Source of the DNA: Gammaproteobacteria bacterium
Lineage (GTDB): Bacteria; Pseudomonadota; Gammaproteobacteria; UBA12402
Length of the DNA stretch: 64,000 bases
Reading direction: 5' to 3'
NCBI GenBank assembly: GCA_018812595.1
Contig: JAHJDF010000012.1
Location: forward strand, 276-64,275
Made by a program: the position numbers and the translations under genes. The notes under the pieces are model-generated. The model did no database searches and was not told the origin of the DNA. It worked only from the letters and a program-made list of their open reading frames with translations. Numbering within the stretch: position 1 is the stretch's first letter; the number at the start of each line of letters is the position of its first letter. Shown here one piece after another: positions 29,369 through 40,192 of this stretch.

Positions 29369-30715
29369 ATGCAACAACAACCACGTTTTCTAAAGCACCT
29401 CCTTCTTATTTTAGTGCTTGGATGTTTATTCACTCCCCATGCGTTTGCAACGAACGACAACAACGAGTCTGAAATCATCACGTTAAAACCTTCTGAAGTG
29501 GAACGTTTCACTACAGCCATCGCGCAAGTTAAAAAACTGTATGTAACTCCAGTAGAAGATAAAGACATTTTCAACGGCGCAATTCGAGGCATGTTAAACG
29601 AACTCGACCCACACTCGGCATTCCTCGATGAGATGGCTTATAAGGCATTGAAAGAACATGCCAACGGGACTTTTGTGGGCATTGGCGTTGAAATTGCACA
29701 AGAAAAAGGCATTACAAAAGTTATCAGCCCCATAGACGACACGCCTGCAGAAAAAGCCGGTATTCAGGCAGGGGATTACATTCTTGCCATTAACGGAAAA
29801 CAGTTAATCGATATGCCAATGGAGCAGATCATTCTCACGATGCGAGGAAAAAAAGGCACAACATTGACGTTAACGGTGTTGCATCAAAAAAGCCAAACCC
29901 CCAAAACTATTACTATCAAAAGAGACGTAATCCACGTTAAAAGCATAAAAAGTAAATTATTGGACGATGGGTACGGTTACATTCGCATCGCTTACTTCCA
30001 GCGAGAAACAGGCAAACAAATGACACAGGCCATTCATGCATTACTAAAACAAGAGAAAGCACCTCTCAAAGGACTCGTGCTTGATTTGCGGAACAATCCT
30101 GGCGGCATCTTAGAATCATCGGCAGATGTTGCAGATGCTTTCTTAGACAGCAGAAAATTAAAAAAGAATGCTCTCATCGTTTACACAAAAGGACGAAAAA
30201 CATCTTCTCAACTTAAAGAAAAAGCACATGTGGGAGATATCTTAAACGGTGCGCCTATGGTTGTGTTGATCAATCAAGGCTCTGCTTCTGCAGCAGAAAT
30301 TGTTGCAGGCGCATTACAAGACCATCGTCGCGCCATCATTATGGGACAACAAAGTTTCGGTAAAGGATCTGTGCAAACCATCTTTCCGTTAGACAATAAA
30401 ACAGCTTTAAAACTAACGACTGCGTTGTACTACACACCAAACGGACATTCGATCCAAGCAAAAGGCATTACGCCAGATATCGCTGTTGATCCATTGGTCG
30501 TGAAGCAATCGAAAGAAGACGCGATGTTTTTCTTAAATTTGCACGAAACAGATTTAGAAAATCATCTTGATAATGGGAATAAAAATAAAAACGTGGATCA
30601 GAAAAAAACGAACACTTCATTAAAACAATTGGCCACGAAAGATTACCAATTGTATGAAGCCCTCCGCTTATTGAAGGCTATGCACGTGATGAAACGTCAT
30701 CTCCGCGAAAGCTAA
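29369..30715 (+). CDS. ctpA: Carboxy-terminal processing protease (S41, PDZ-containing)
   Basis: Signal peptide, PDZ region GIGVEIAQEKG...VISPIDDTPAEKAGIQAGD, and an S41 catalytic region (GSASAAEI...K). Confidence 0.85.
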   Translation: MQQQPRFLKHLLLILVLGCLFTPHAFATNDNNESEIITLKPSEVERFTTAIAQVKKLYVTPVEDKDIFNGAIRGMLNELDPHSAFLDEMAYKALKEHANGTFVGIGVEIAQEKGITKVISPIDDTPAEKAGIQAGDYILAINGKQLIDMPMEQIILTMRGKKGTTLTLTVLHQKSQTPKTITIKRDVIHVKSIKSKLLDDGYGYIRIAYFQRETGKQMTQAIHALLKQEKAPLKGLVLDLRNNPGGILESSADVADAFLDSRKLKKNALIVYTKGRKTSSQLKEKAHVGDILNGAPMVVLINQGSASAAEIVAGALQDHRRAIIMGQQSFGKGSVQTIFPLDNKTALKLTTALYYTPNGHSIQAKGITPDIAVDPLVVKQSKEDAMFFLNLHETDLENHLDNGNKNKNVDQKKTNTSLKQLATKDYQLYEALRLLKAMHVMKRHLRES

Positions 30716-30751
30716 TGGATGCCCACTTTCGCGGGCATGACGGTACAGTTG

Positions 30752-32938
30752 CTACACTAAAGAAAAATCGATGTTTTTGTCTTCCAAATCGACTCGATCT
30801 AAGCGCACTTTTAATACATCACCTAAACGAAATGTTTTGTGGGTTCTCTCACCGATCAACCTATGACGGATAGCATCAAAGCGATAATAATCATTTTTTA
30901 ACGAGGAAATATGAATCAACCCTTCCACATAAATGTCTTTTAATTCGCAATAAATACCGTGCCCTGTCACGCTGCTCACAACAGCATCAAATTCCTCACC
31001 AACTTTATCGAGGATGTATTCACACTTTAACCAATCCAATGCATCCCTTGTCGCCTCATCGGCACGACGCTCAGTCATAGAACAATGCTCACCAATCGTC
31101 TTTAAGGTGTCATAACTCGGAATATCGTTCTGTTTTCTTTTATGCAAACTTGCCTTGATCGCACGATGCACAATCAAATCAGCATATCGACGAATGGGGG
31201 AAGTAAAGTGAGTGTATGCATCGAAGGCCAATCCAAAATGCCCATCGTTGTCCGGCGTATAGATTGCTTGGGAGAGAGAACGTAACAAAATCATTTGAAT
31301 AATATGTGCATCAGGACGCGACTGAATGTCTTTTAACAACTGCGAATAATCTTTCGGCAACGGCAAATCGCCCCCTTTCAACTTCAAGCCCAATTCACCT
31401 AAAAATATTTTCAAGGCCTGTAGCTTTTCGGTCTTAGGCCCATCATGCACTCTAAATAAGCTATTTAAATCGTTCTCTAACAAATACTGTGCGGCAGACA
31501 CATTGGCGCACAACATGCACTCTTCAATAATGCGATGTGAATCTTCTCTGACCGAAACATATAGTCTTTTGATTTTCCGCTGTGCTCCAAATTCGACTTT
31601 GATTTCTGGTGTATCAAAATCAAGCGCGCCTCTGCTTACGCGTTTTTCTAATAAGATCTTATGCAACGCGTCTAATTCCCTAAGGGACGATACAACTTTC
31701 TCAGAAACAGGCTTTGATAGATTTTTCATGCCAGCAGGAACTTGTCCATCCTTTAGAAATTGCGCCACTTGACGATAGGTCAACCGCGCTTGAGAACGGA
31801 TAACAGCCTCATAAAAACGACTCCGCATTAACCGTCCATTTTTCGAAAGGAACATATCGCACACTACAGTGAGGCGATCTTTTTGCGGCTTTAAAGAACA
31901 TAAATTATTAGACAACACCGCGGGCAACATTGGCACAACTTGCCCAGGAAAATAAGCTGAATTACCACGTTCCTGTGCGGCCAAATCTAAAGCCGTTCCG
32001 GTTTGGACATAGTGTCCAACATCCGCAATAGCGACTAACAGGTGCCATCCTCCGCGCGGGCGTTTCTCGCAATACACAGCGTCATCAAAATCTTTTGCAT
32101 CTTTTCCATCAATCGTCACAAAACCCGTATCACGCAGATCAACACGATGTTTGGTTTCAGAAGCAGAGATCTCTCGAGGAATATCGTCTAATTGTCTTTG
32201 CACGTCCTCCAACCAAATATGTGGCAGCGCATAAGAACGGATAGCCATTTCAATCTCCAACCCAGGAGCCATGTATTCTCCGAGTATCTCTACTACACGT
32301 CCTACAGGTTGACTCCGCACGGTTAATGAAGAAATCAGTTCTACATTAACGATTTGCCCAGACTGCGCTTCTCCACGAAATTCTATCGGAATAATGACGT
32401 CTTGATTGATTCGTGGATTATCGGATCGCACAAATCCAACCATACCTTCAAGATAAAATCGTCCTACTACTTCCTTATGCTTGCGCTCAATGATTTCTGT
32501 CACCATCCCTTCGCGACGATTGTGACGATCCATTCCAATGACACGCGCCTGAACAATGTCTCCATCCAGCACGCCTTTCATTTCACGCGCTGATAGAAAA
32601 ATACGAGACGTTCCATCTTCAGGAGCAACGAAACCAAATCCTTCGCGATGTCCTACGACATGCCCTCGAATTAAATCTCCTTGTTGAGCAATATCTAACT
32701 TTCCACGCCGCGTTTTGATTAATTGCCCATCACGCACCATAGCGCGCAATCGCCGACGCAAAGCTTCTTGATCCACTTTTGAAGTCAGTTTCAATGCACG
32801 TTGCAATTGCAGCTGATTCATCGGCTGATCAAGTTCCAAGATGTAATCTAAAAGAAATTCTCGAGAAGGAATGGGGCGCTCATATTTAGCTGCTTCTCGT
32901 TGCCCGAAAGGGTCTTTTTTGGGAGTCCATTTAGTCAT
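30752..32938 (-). CDS. rnr: Ribonuclease R
   Basis: 728 aa with the RNB catalytic domain and a C-terminal S1 domain (GHGIYCELKDIYVEGLIHISSL). Confidence 0.9.
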   Translation of the reverse strand: MTKWTPKKDPFGQREAAKYERPIPSREFLLDYILELDQPMNQLQLQRALKLTSKVDQEALRRRLRAMVRDGQLIKTRRGKLDIAQQGDLIRGHVVGHREGFGFVAPEDGTSRIFLSAREMKGVLDGDIVQARVIGMDRHNRREGMVTEIIERKHKEVVGRFYLEGMVGFVRSDNPRINQDVIIPIEFRGEAQSGQIVNVELISSLTVRSQPVGRVVEILGEYMAPGLEIEMAIRSYALPHIWLEDVQRQLDDIPREISASETKHRVDLRDTGFVTIDGKDAKDFDDAVYCEKRPRGGWHLLVAIADVGHYVQTGTALDLAAQERGNSAYFPGQVVPMLPAVLSNNLCSLKPQKDRLTVVCDMFLSKNGRLMRSRFYEAVIRSQARLTYRQVAQFLKDGQVPAGMKNLSKPVSEKVVSSLRELDALHKILLEKRVSRGALDFDTPEIKVEFGAQRKIKRLYVSVREDSHRIIEECMLCANVSAAQYLLENDLNSLFRVHDGPKTEKLQALKIFLGELGLKLKGGDLPLPKDYSQLLKDIQSRPDAHIIQMILLRSLSQAIYTPDNDGHFGLAFDAYTHFTSPIRRYADLIVHRAIKASLHKRKQNDIPSYDTLKTIGEHCSMTERRADEATRDALDWLKCEYILDKVGEEFDAVVSSVTGHGIYCELKDIYVEGLIHISSLKNDYYRFDAIRHRLIGERTHKTFRLGDVLKVRLDRVDLEDKNIDFSLV

Positions 32939-33022
32939 AATTTTTTTGTTTCAAATGAAAGGTGGGGTCGGGCATATAATGCGCCCTTTGTTAAAAAATC
33001 AAATATATAAGGAAATATAGCT

Positions 33023-33265
33023 ATGAAAATGGCCTTTTGCTTCTCTCTAACCGGTTTATTTTGCTGTTTTGCCTTGATCGGATGTCAACACGCACGGTCT
33101 GTTCAATCGGCTCCAGACCTAAGAACTCAATGCATCAACCTTCAAAGGCAACAATTATTTCTCAACTCGCAAGGCCATCAATACCAAGAATGGGAATTAA
33201 AAGGAAAACAAGCTCAACTTCAAAACGACTATCAAAAATTAGGCTGCGATAAATTAAAGAAGTAG
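33023..33265 (+). CDS. Small lipoprotein (80 aa), hypothetical
   Basis: Signal peptide with lipobox (ALIGC) followed by a Gln-rich sequence. Confidence 0.45.
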   Translation: MKMAFCFSLTGLFCCFALIGCQHARSVQSAPDLRTQCINLQRQQLFLNSQGHQYQEWELKGKQAQLQNDYQKLGCDKLKK

Positions 33266-33345
33266 CTCCCTCATCGTCATGCCCGCGACCCTCACCGTCA
33301 TTCCCGCACAGGCGGGAATCCAGGTCCGCTCTGTCATTCCCGCGC
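33250..33345. repeat. REP/MITE elements
   Basis: cgtcatgcccgcgaccctcaccgtcattcccgcacaggcgggaatccagg ... tgtcattcccgcgcc. Confidence 0.8.
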
Positions 33346-34122
33346 CTTATACCGATAAGCAAGCACCAATAACAAAATGCCGCCAAGAATCATTGGAATC
33401 GAAAGTAATTCGCCCATCGTCAACCACCCTCCTGCGAGAAATCCTAATTGCGGATCCGGTTGACGAAAGAATTCACAAAACACTCTGAAGGCTCCATAAC
33501 CTAACAAGAACATGCCGGACACAGCCATTCTGGGACGTGGTTTAGCGGAGTAAAGCCACAAAACCACAAACAACAACACGCCCTCGAGAAGAAATTCATA
33601 AACCGTTGAAGGATGACGAGGCAAGATGCCTCCTCGTGGATAGATCATTCCCCAAGGCACAGAGGTCACTCGTCCGAGGAAATCACAATTAATAAAATTC
33701 CCGACGCGACCTGCAGCAAGTCCAACAGGGACAACAGGCGCAAGAAAATCGGTGACATCAAAGAAAGAACGATGAAATTTTCTTGCCCATAACGCTACGG
33801 CTATTAAAACGCCGAGAAGACCGCCGTGAAACGACATCCCCCCTTCCCATACTTTCACAATGATCCAAGGCGCATGAAGAAAATTGTGTAAGTCATAAAA
33901 CAACATATATCCCGTACGCCCGCCTAAAATGACACCGAATGCGGCATAAAGCACTAAATCTCCGATTTGATCCATCGTCCATCGCCCCTCGGATAAGCGC
34001 GCACGATGTTTCAACAACCCCCAGCACACAATGAAACTAAAGAGGTACATCAACCCATACCAATGCACAGAAAGAGGACCCAAATGAAAAGCAATGGGTT
34101 CAAAAGTGGGATATCTCAACAT
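33334..34122 (-). CDS. lgt: Prolipoprotein diacylglyceryl transferase
   Basis: HWYGLMYL N-terminal block and the Lgt signature region (GGxxGN, Y235-like). Confidence 0.88.
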   Translation of the reverse strand: MLRYPTFEPIAFHLGPLSVHWYGLMYLFSFIVCWGLLKHRARLSEGRWTMDQIGDLVLYAAFGVILGGRTGYMLFYDLHNFLHAPWIIVKVWEGGMSFHGGLLGVLIAVALWARKFHRSFFDVTDFLAPVVPVGLAAGRVGNFINCDFLGRVTSVPWGMIYPRGGILPRHPSTVYEFLLEGVLLFVVLWLYSAKPRPRMAVSGMFLLGYGAFRVFCEFFRQPDPQLGFLAGGWLTMGELLSIPMILGGILLLVLAYRYKARE

Positions 34123-34613
34123 ATAGAACTCTCTTCATCTGCAGGAAAAACAAGCGGCGCAAATTCATTAAGCACTTTGCGGTAAACGTTTCGCTTAAAG
34201 AAAACAATCTTTTGCGTGGGCAACCAATAATCGACCCATCGATAACCATCAAACTCAGGTGTATTTGTTTTATCGAAACAAACTTTTTTTTCATCGCCTT
34301 TAAAACGCAATAAAAACCACTTTTGTCTCTGACCGATGCATAAGGGTTCTGAATGATAACGGATGAGGTGTTTTGGAAGTCGGTAGTACCACCAACGATC
34401 ACTGTGAGAAATTAACTCAACATCCTCTTGAGTCAAACCGACCTCTTCATACAGTTCCCGATACATTGCTTCTTGAGGAGACTCATGAAGATCCACTCCT
34501 CCTTGAGGGAATTGCCAAGCATTACGACGAATTCTACGGGCCCAAAAAACTCGCTGACTGTCATCAATAATCACAATCCCTATACCAACTCGAAACCCTC
34601 TTCTATCAATCAC
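34116..34613 (-). CDS. rppH: RNA pyrophosphohydrolase (Nudix)
   Basis: Near-collinear with E. coli RppH: GIVIID...WARR...WQFPQGG, Nudix box [20 protein letters not shown]. Confidence 0.9.
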   Translation of the reverse strand: MIDRRGFRVGIGIVIIDDSQRVFWARRIRRNAWQFPQGGVDLHESPQEAMYRELYEEVGLTQEDVELISHSDRWWYYRLPKHLIRYHSEPLCIGQRQKWFLLRFKGDEKKVCFDKTNTPEFDGYRWVDYWLPTQKIVFFKRNVYRKVLNEFAPLVFPADEESSIC

Positions 34614-34744
34614 GATTCGATCCTTACTTATCCATTTTTTGCAGCAGTATAGTCAAAGCCGCAAGACGAAGCAGCTCTCGTTTTTACAACGAGCTTTTAG
34701 CCGGCTAATTTTCGAGTTTGTAGGCGCCAAACAGAAATAGGCAT

Positions 34745-34835
34745 GTTGCAATCCGCCCGTTTCGTCATCCTCGCGAAAGCTAAGGATCCAGAAAAATCAA
34801 TAAATTACGCGTCAAAAATTTCTCGAAAAATTTGG
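34745..34835. repeat. REP/MITE element (ggatccagaaaaatcaataaa...aaaaatttggattg type)
   Basis: Same subtype as the element inside the lasso cyclase at about 62815..62910. Confidence 0.75.
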
Positions 34836-34959
34836 ATTGAAACAGGCCCAGAAATGTATGTAGCCATTTGCCCCCGCGCAGGAATTGCTGTCGACACGTC
34901 TATGATCCCTATTTACACTCCTCCCCCCAAAATAACGATAAAACTCAAACACTTGCTTT

Positions 34960-35949
34960 ATGAATCGCCGCACATATTTTTCCTCGACCACACTTCTCAC
35001 CTTTCTTTGTTTGCTCGCGACGATCAGCATCTTCTTAAGCATTCGTGAAGGCAGCACACACATTTCCTTTACCCATTTCATCAATGCTATTTTCAACCCA
35101 CAACATTCAACAGATCACATCATTATTTTTGACCTCCGCCTCCCCCGCACATTTGTTGCTTTCACGACGGGTGGGTTGCTCGCCCTAGCAGGGGCGCTCA
35201 TGCAAACACTCTTACGTAACCCGCTGGCGGATCCTTATATCTTGGGTGTCTCCGGCGGTGCCGCTGTCGCAACGGCTCTTGGTATTTTGCTGGGGTTAAG
35301 CACCGCATTTCTCAATCTCACCGCTTTCTTAGGCAGCTTGCTGTCCATCACGCTGGTCATGGGAATTTCACGCTCCCACAAACACCTCCTGCCATTGCGT
35401 TTATTGCTAACAGGTGTCGTTGTCGCAACCGGTTGGGCAGCCATCATGAGTTTCATATTAATCACCAGCCCCGATCAGAACCTACGCAGCATCTTGTTTT
35501 GGCTCATCGGCGATTTGAGCTATGCACATTTCTCAATATGGGAACCAATCATTTTATTATTTGGTTTAGTTGTCAGCTTCATCCTCGCCAAACCGCTCAA
35601 TATATTGGCTCGAGGAGACCTCACAGCGCGCAGCCTCGGCATCAACACACATCGCTTAAACCTCATCCTTTTCCTCCTCAGCTCTTTATTAACCGCACTA
35701 GCTGTCAACATGGCGGGATGCATTGGTTTTGTCGGATTAATCGTTCCTCACATGCTTAGAATCGTAAAAAATTCAGACCATCGATTTGTATTACCCGCAT
35801 CCGTATTACTCGGAGGCAGTTTGCTCACGCTCGCCGATACACTCAGTCGCGTTCTAATCACACCGGCGCAACTGCCTGTAGGGATCGTGACGGCCATCAT
35901 CGGAGTCCCCACCTTTATCGTCGTATTGCAAGGGTGCCAAGAACGATGA
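34960..35949 (+). CDS. FecCD/BtuC-family ABC transporter permease (iron-siderophore, heme or cobalamin type)
   Basis: 329 aa with about 9-10 TM segments and FecCD-family blocks. Confidence 0.8.
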   Translation: MNRRTYFSSTTLLTFLCLLATISIFLSIREGSTHISFTHFINAIFNPQHSTDHIIIFDLRLPRTFVAFTTGGLLALAGALMQTLLRNPLADPYILGVSGGAAVATALGILLGLSTAFLNLTAFLGSLLSITLVMGISRSHKHLLPLRLLLTGVVVATGWAAIMSFILITSPDQNLRSILFWLIGDLSYAHFSIWEPIILLFGLVVSFILAKPLNILARGDLTARSLGINTHRLNLILFLLSSLLTALAVNMAGCIGFVGLIVPHMLRIVKNSDHRFVLPASVLLGGSLLTLADTLSRVLITPAQLPVGIVTAIIGVPTFIVVLQGCQER

Positions 35950-36689
35950 ACGCTTTTCACATTGATCAAATCAGCCTTTCCATGCAGGAAATACCGCTCA
36001 TACAACAACTTTCCTTTACTTGTCAGCCTGGAGAAATTTGGGGCATTTTGGGACCGAACGGTATCGGTAAAACGACGCTATTGCATGTCCTAGCAGGACT
36101 CAAAAAGCCAACATCCGGCCGTGTTTTCATAGCGGGAAAAAACATCTTGCACATGCGCCCTAAAGAACGCGCACAAAAAATTGGCCTTCTACCACAACAA
36201 ATTTACTTCCCGTTTCCAAGTACTGTTTTAGAAACGGCAATGACTGGGCGATACCCCTACTCTTCTAACTGGTTTTCTGAAAACCCAGAAGACATCAAAA
36301 TCGCAACACAAGCTCTGGAATTGGTCGGGTTACACCATTTGAAACAACGTCCCGTCTCTCAACTGTCCGGGGGAGAACAACGTCGACTCACACTTGCAAC
36401 GCTTTTCGCGCAAAACCCTGATATTTATTTATTGGATGAACCAACGACGTACTTGGATTTGCAGCAACGAATGCATGTTTTATCTATTCTAAAAAAACTC
36501 GCTAAAGAAACCGGTAAGATCATTCTCTTAGTGCTACACGAGATTCCATTGATTCAACTGTGCTGTGATAAAGTTATTTTATTAACGCAAGACGGAAACA
36601 AAAAAATAGGTTCTTGCTCTGAGATTATCAATCGAGAAACTTTAGGAACGATGCTTCCTAAAGAACTGTTAGATAGTTGTGGGTTTTAA
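35934..36689 (+). CDS. ABC transporter ATP-binding protein (FecE/BtuD type)
   Basis: Walker A GPNGIGKTTLL, signature LSGGEQRR, Walker B LLDEPT. Translationally coupled to the permease. No binding-protein gene is adjacent. Confidence 0.85.
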   Translation: MPRTMNAFHIDQISLSMQEIPLIQQLSFTCQPGEIWGILGPNGIGKTTLLHVLAGLKKPTSGRVFIAGKNILHMRPKERAQKIGLLPQQIYFPFPSTVLETAMTGRYPYSSNWFSENPEDIKIATQALELVGLHHLKQRPVSQLSGGEQRRLTLATLFAQNPDIYLLDEPTTYLDLQQRMHVLSILKKLAKETGKIILLVLHEIPLIQLCCDKVILLTQDGNKKIGSCSEIINRETLGTMLPKELLDSCGF

Positions 36690-37605
36690 ACCAATGAAAA
36701 CGAAAAAGAATTTTTACACACCGCTTTACTGGCCTTTCTGGATTTTGATTTTTTTCTTTTGGTGTATAGCTCATTTGCCTTATCGCTTTCAAATGACTTT
36801 AGGAAAAGGATTAGGCCTACTCCTGCATCGTTTTGCGAAACGAATGAAACGCATTGCACAAATCAATTTAGATCTTTGCTTTCCTGAACTCAGTATTGAT
36901 GAACGAGCACAGTTGTTACGTAAAAATTTTATTTCTGTAGGAAAAGGGATTTTTGAAACCGCTCTAGCATGGTGGGGCTCAGACGAGCAGTTGCAACGCT
37001 TTGCAACCTTCCACGGAGAGGAATACTTAAACCAATCATTGGCGGAAGGAAAAGGTGTTATTTTTCTAGGCGGTCATTTCACATCACTTGAATTAGTCGG
37101 TCGTCTTTACGCAATGCGTAAACCGTTTGCCATTGTGTATCGAGAACACAAAATTCCTTTTGTGAATTTCATCATGACGCGTCATTACAAAAAGATTTAT
37201 GCAGAACTCATCGAACGAAACAACATTCGAGCCGCTTTGAAGAGATTAAAACGAGGAGAAATTGTGTGGTTTACTCCGGACGTCGATGCCGGCCATTTTC
37301 ACAATGTTTTTGTCCCATTCTTCAATGTCTTGGCTTCTTCAGTCATTGCAACATCACGCCTTGCTGCATTAACGAAAGCAAAGGTCTGCCCGGTCTATTT
37401 CTTCAGACAAGAAAACGACGAAGGTTATGAAATAAAACTTCAACCGCCACTCACAGATTTTCCAACGGATGACGTTGAACAAGACACCGCACGCATCAAC
37501 AAAATTACAGAAGAAGCTGTGCGCCAACACCCCGATCAATACATGTGGCAATACATGCGATTTAAAACCCGTCCCGAAGGCGAAGAACGGTTTTATAAAA
37601 AATAA
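36679..37605 (+). CDS. lpxL: Lipid A biosynthesis lauroyl/myristoyl acyltransferase (LpxL/HtrB family)
   Basis: N-terminal TM helix plus HtrB-like blocks and an LPLAT H(x4)D-type region. 308 aa. Confidence 0.8.
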   Translation: MGFKPMKTKKNFYTPLYWPFWILIFFFWCIAHLPYRFQMTLGKGLGLLLHRFAKRMKRIAQINLDLCFPELSIDERAQLLRKNFISVGKGIFETALAWWGSDEQLQRFATFHGEEYLNQSLAEGKGVIFLGGHFTSLELVGRLYAMRKPFAIVYREHKIPFVNFIMTRHYKKIYAELIERNNIRAALKRLKRGEIVWFTPDVDAGHFHNVFVPFFNVLASSVIATSRLAALTKAKVCPVYFFRQENDEGYEIKLQPPLTDFPTDDVEQDTARINKITEEAVRQHPDQYMWQYMRFKTRPEGEERFYKK

Positions 37606-37662
37606 CGTTTTACCTTGAAAATTGTGTGGCAATCGCACAATTTTCAATGTAAATTACCTCTT

Positions 37663-38805
37663 ATGAAACGAACATACTTTCTTCAACAACTTCATTCGGC
37701 CTTCAATACGCACCCAATTGTTGCAATTTTAGGGCCTCGGCAATGCGGAAAAACCACCCTTTCCCGTCAATATGCGGCCTCTCAACCCGACGTCACATTT
37801 TTTGACCTGGAAGACAGTCGCGATTTGGCAAAATTACAAGACCCAGCGCTTGCATTGGCCTCTTTGAAGGGCCTAGTCATTCTCGACGAAATTCAACGGG
37901 TACCAGAATTATTTCCCATACTTCGAGTACTCATCGATCAAGCAAATCGTCAAACGCACTATTTAATCTTAGGAAGTGCCTCTCGCGATTTAATTCGACA
38001 GTCTTCAGAAACATTAGCCGGACGCATTGAATATCTAGAACTCACCCCATTCTCTTTTCAGGAAGTCGGTGAATTTGAAAAATTATGGTTACGAGGAGGT
38101 TTTCCCCTGTCATTTCTAGCAAACGATGAAAATACAAGTAATCGTTGGCGCAAAGCCTACATTCGCACCTTTCTTGAAAAAGACATCCCTAACTTGGGTT
38201 TTAGAATTGCACCAGAAACCCTACGAAGATTCTGGATGATGCTTGCTCATTACCATGCAAATATTTTTAACGCCTCTGAATTAGGACGTTCATTTGGTGT
38301 TGCACATACAACAATTGAACATTATCTCGATATCTTGACAGGAACTTTTATGGTCCGTCGATTGCGACCATGGATTGAAAACATCAAAAAACGACAAGTG
38401 AAAGCTCCAAAAATTTACTTTCGTGATAGCGGTATCCTACATACCCTTCTAGGGATCGAAACGATGAATCATCTGCTTTCCAATCCAAAACTCGGAGCGT
38501 CTTGGGAAGGATTTGCAATGGAAGAAATTATTCGAGCACATCATGCAGAACAAGAAGCCTGTTATTTTTGGTCAACTCATACCGGCGCTGAATTAGATCT
38601 ATTGCTTTTTCAAAACCAACAACGTTTAGGTTTCGAATTCAAATATTCCTCTTCACCCAAGTTAACAAAATCCATGCATATAGCTTTAGAAACTCTCAAG
38701 CTAGATCAATTAACTGTGATCACACCAGGAAACGATCAATATCCGTTAACCGATCACATTGAAGTCTTTGGTATAGAAAAATATATAGATCAACAATCAT
38801 TTTAA
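37663..38805 (+). CDS. COG1373 AAA+ ATPase (AAA_14 plus DUF4143)
   Basis: Walker A ILGPRQCGKTT, Walker B VILDEIQ, and a C-terminal DUF4143-like region. Inserted within a duplicated lpxL 3' end. Start set at the internal Met; the track ORF begins at 37615. Confidence 0.8.
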   Translation: MKRTYFLQQLHSAFNTHPIVAILGPRQCGKTTLSRQYAASQPDVTFFDLEDSRDLAKLQDPALALASLKGLVILDEIQRVPELFPILRVLIDQANRQTHYLILGSASRDLIRQSSETLAGRIEYLELTPFSFQEVGEFEKLWLRGGFPLSFLANDENTSNRWRKAYIRTFLEKDIPNLGFRIAPETLRRFWMMLAHYHANIFNASELGRSFGVAHTTIEHYLDILTGTFMVRRLRPWIENIKKRQVKAPKIYFRDSGILHTLLGIETMNHLLSNPKLGASWEGFAMEEIIRAHHAEQEACYFWSTHTGAELDLLLFQNQQRLGFEFKYSSSPKLTKSMHIALETLKLDQLTVITPGNDQYPLTDHIEVFGIEKYIDQQSF

Positions 38806-38847
38806 ATTGATACGCGAAAACAGCTTCTCCTCAGCAATTCTCGAACT

Positions 38848-39000
38848 GATTTTCCAACGGATGACGTTGAACAAGACACCGCACGCATCAACAAAATTAC
38901 AGAGAAAGCGGTGCGCCAATACCCCGATCAATACATGTGGCAATACATGCGATTTAAAACCCGCCCCGAAGGCGAAGAACGGTTTTATCGGAAATGACAA
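38848..39000 (+). repeat. Second, about 93%-identical copy of the lpxL 3' end (last about 50 codons plus stop)
   Basis: Direct duplication of 37455..37607 flanking the COG1373 ATPase gene. Reads in frame to a TGA. Confidence 0.85.
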
Positions 39001-39114
39001 ATGAACTATGCGGAGTCAAGGCTTTGTGAAAATCAGACAACCTCGGCCTGCTTTACTTTGCATCAGGAATTTTCTCTCCAACCCTCAAATTTCGTATCCT
39101 TCGGCTCTATTTTT

Positions 39115-39936
39115 TCAGCCTTTGTTGAAAGTATTTAACGGAATATACTCCAAAGAGTTTTCATGTTTTTTCAGAAAACGTAGAAATGCTAACTCAGGCA
39201 AAGAGGGCTTTGGCAAAGAAGAAGAGAGGCTCTCTGATAATGCACAAAATTTTTCCCAATTTTGGTTAGATTTATTTGTGTAATCGAAAATCCTTCCCCT
39301 CACCTCTAATTCAAGATCTAGAGCATTAGCATCTAAGTGATCAAAAATATCTAAAATCGCCTCTGCTTCCTTTGAATTGGCAGAACCGCTGTCCGTTAGC
39401 ACGGACTGAATCCACTCCACAAATGTTTTGATCGCATCTTTAACATTGTCAAAAGCCATCGATTCATCATCTTTTTGCTCTTGCGTCGCAATTACAAAAG
39501 AAAAATCGTAGCCTAGATCAGAAGGTAATCCCTCTAGAGTCTCCTGAATGTGTTCAGCAATTTTGAAGACACAAACTTCCTTTTTTAAAAATTCTAAAAA
39601 TTCTTCAACGGACTGGCTTATCGGATGTTCTTCGTCAAAATGAATTGCTTTCAGCTGCTCTAAACAGCTCCTCAATGCCGTTAGATTTTTAAAATCACCT
39701 TCCTCCTGAAAAGCCTTTACACAAGTACCAAAATTCTCAACGTCATTCAGCTCCTCTCTACTGCTAGACAGATCATCTTCCTTCGTCGCGCCTTGTACTT
39801 TTTTAATTTTTCCTAAAAGTTCAGAGCATTTGCTTAATATCTTTTCTTGTGTCGATGCAGGCAATTTAATCTTGCCTAACGACATCTCTACCTCTTTTTT
39901 TATGCAATCAAGGTTATTTTTGTGAGAGTTGAACAT
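39115..39936 (-). CDS. Hypothetical acidic protein (273 aa), candidate effector
   Basis: Good RBS (ggaga 9 nt upstream). AT-rich, helical and acidic; no recognisable domain. Confidence 0.5.
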   Translation of the reverse strand: MFNSHKNNLDCIKKEVEMSLGKIKLPASTQEKILSKCSELLGKIKKVQGATKEDDLSSSREELNDVENFGTCVKAFQEEGDFKNLTALRSCLEQLKAIHFDEEHPISQSVEEFLEFLKKEVCVFKIAEHIQETLEGLPSDLGYDFSFVIATQEQKDDESMAFDNVKDAIKTFVEWIQSVLTDSGSANSKEAEAILDIFDHLDANALDLELEVRGRIFDYTNKSNQNWEKFCALSESLSSSLPKPSLPELAFLRFLKKHENSLEYIPLNTFNKG

Positions 39937-40192
39937 TTTTATTCTCCAAAAAATAAATGTGGGTACTTTTAAATTTAATAGACTAATACAGAGAACGCAA
40001 ACAGACAGATCGACAAAAAATCACGAACAAAGGGTCAGGATCCTTCTATCAGCCATTAGTTGATCAATAAAAATACCCCGTCTATTCTTTTGGAAAACTC
40101 ATTTTCCTTTCATGCGGATCAAAGCTAAACATGACGATTTATCGCATTTCCATTAGCATTCGCGGCTTCTTGATCTAAGTAAGGTGACTTTC

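Noticed and set aside
34620-34960. Possible cobalamin riboswitch upstream of the BtuCD-like ABC transporter
   Set aside because: No B12-box-like sequence was recognisable, and the region is largely occupied by a REP element.
37369-39000. Two similar minus-strand ORFs (37369..37647 and 38797..39000) encoding ...PIKPFFAFGxGFKSHVLPHVLIGVLAH...
   Set aside because: They are antisense frames across the two copies of the duplicated lpxL 3' end; their similarity reflects the DNA duplication, not a gene family.
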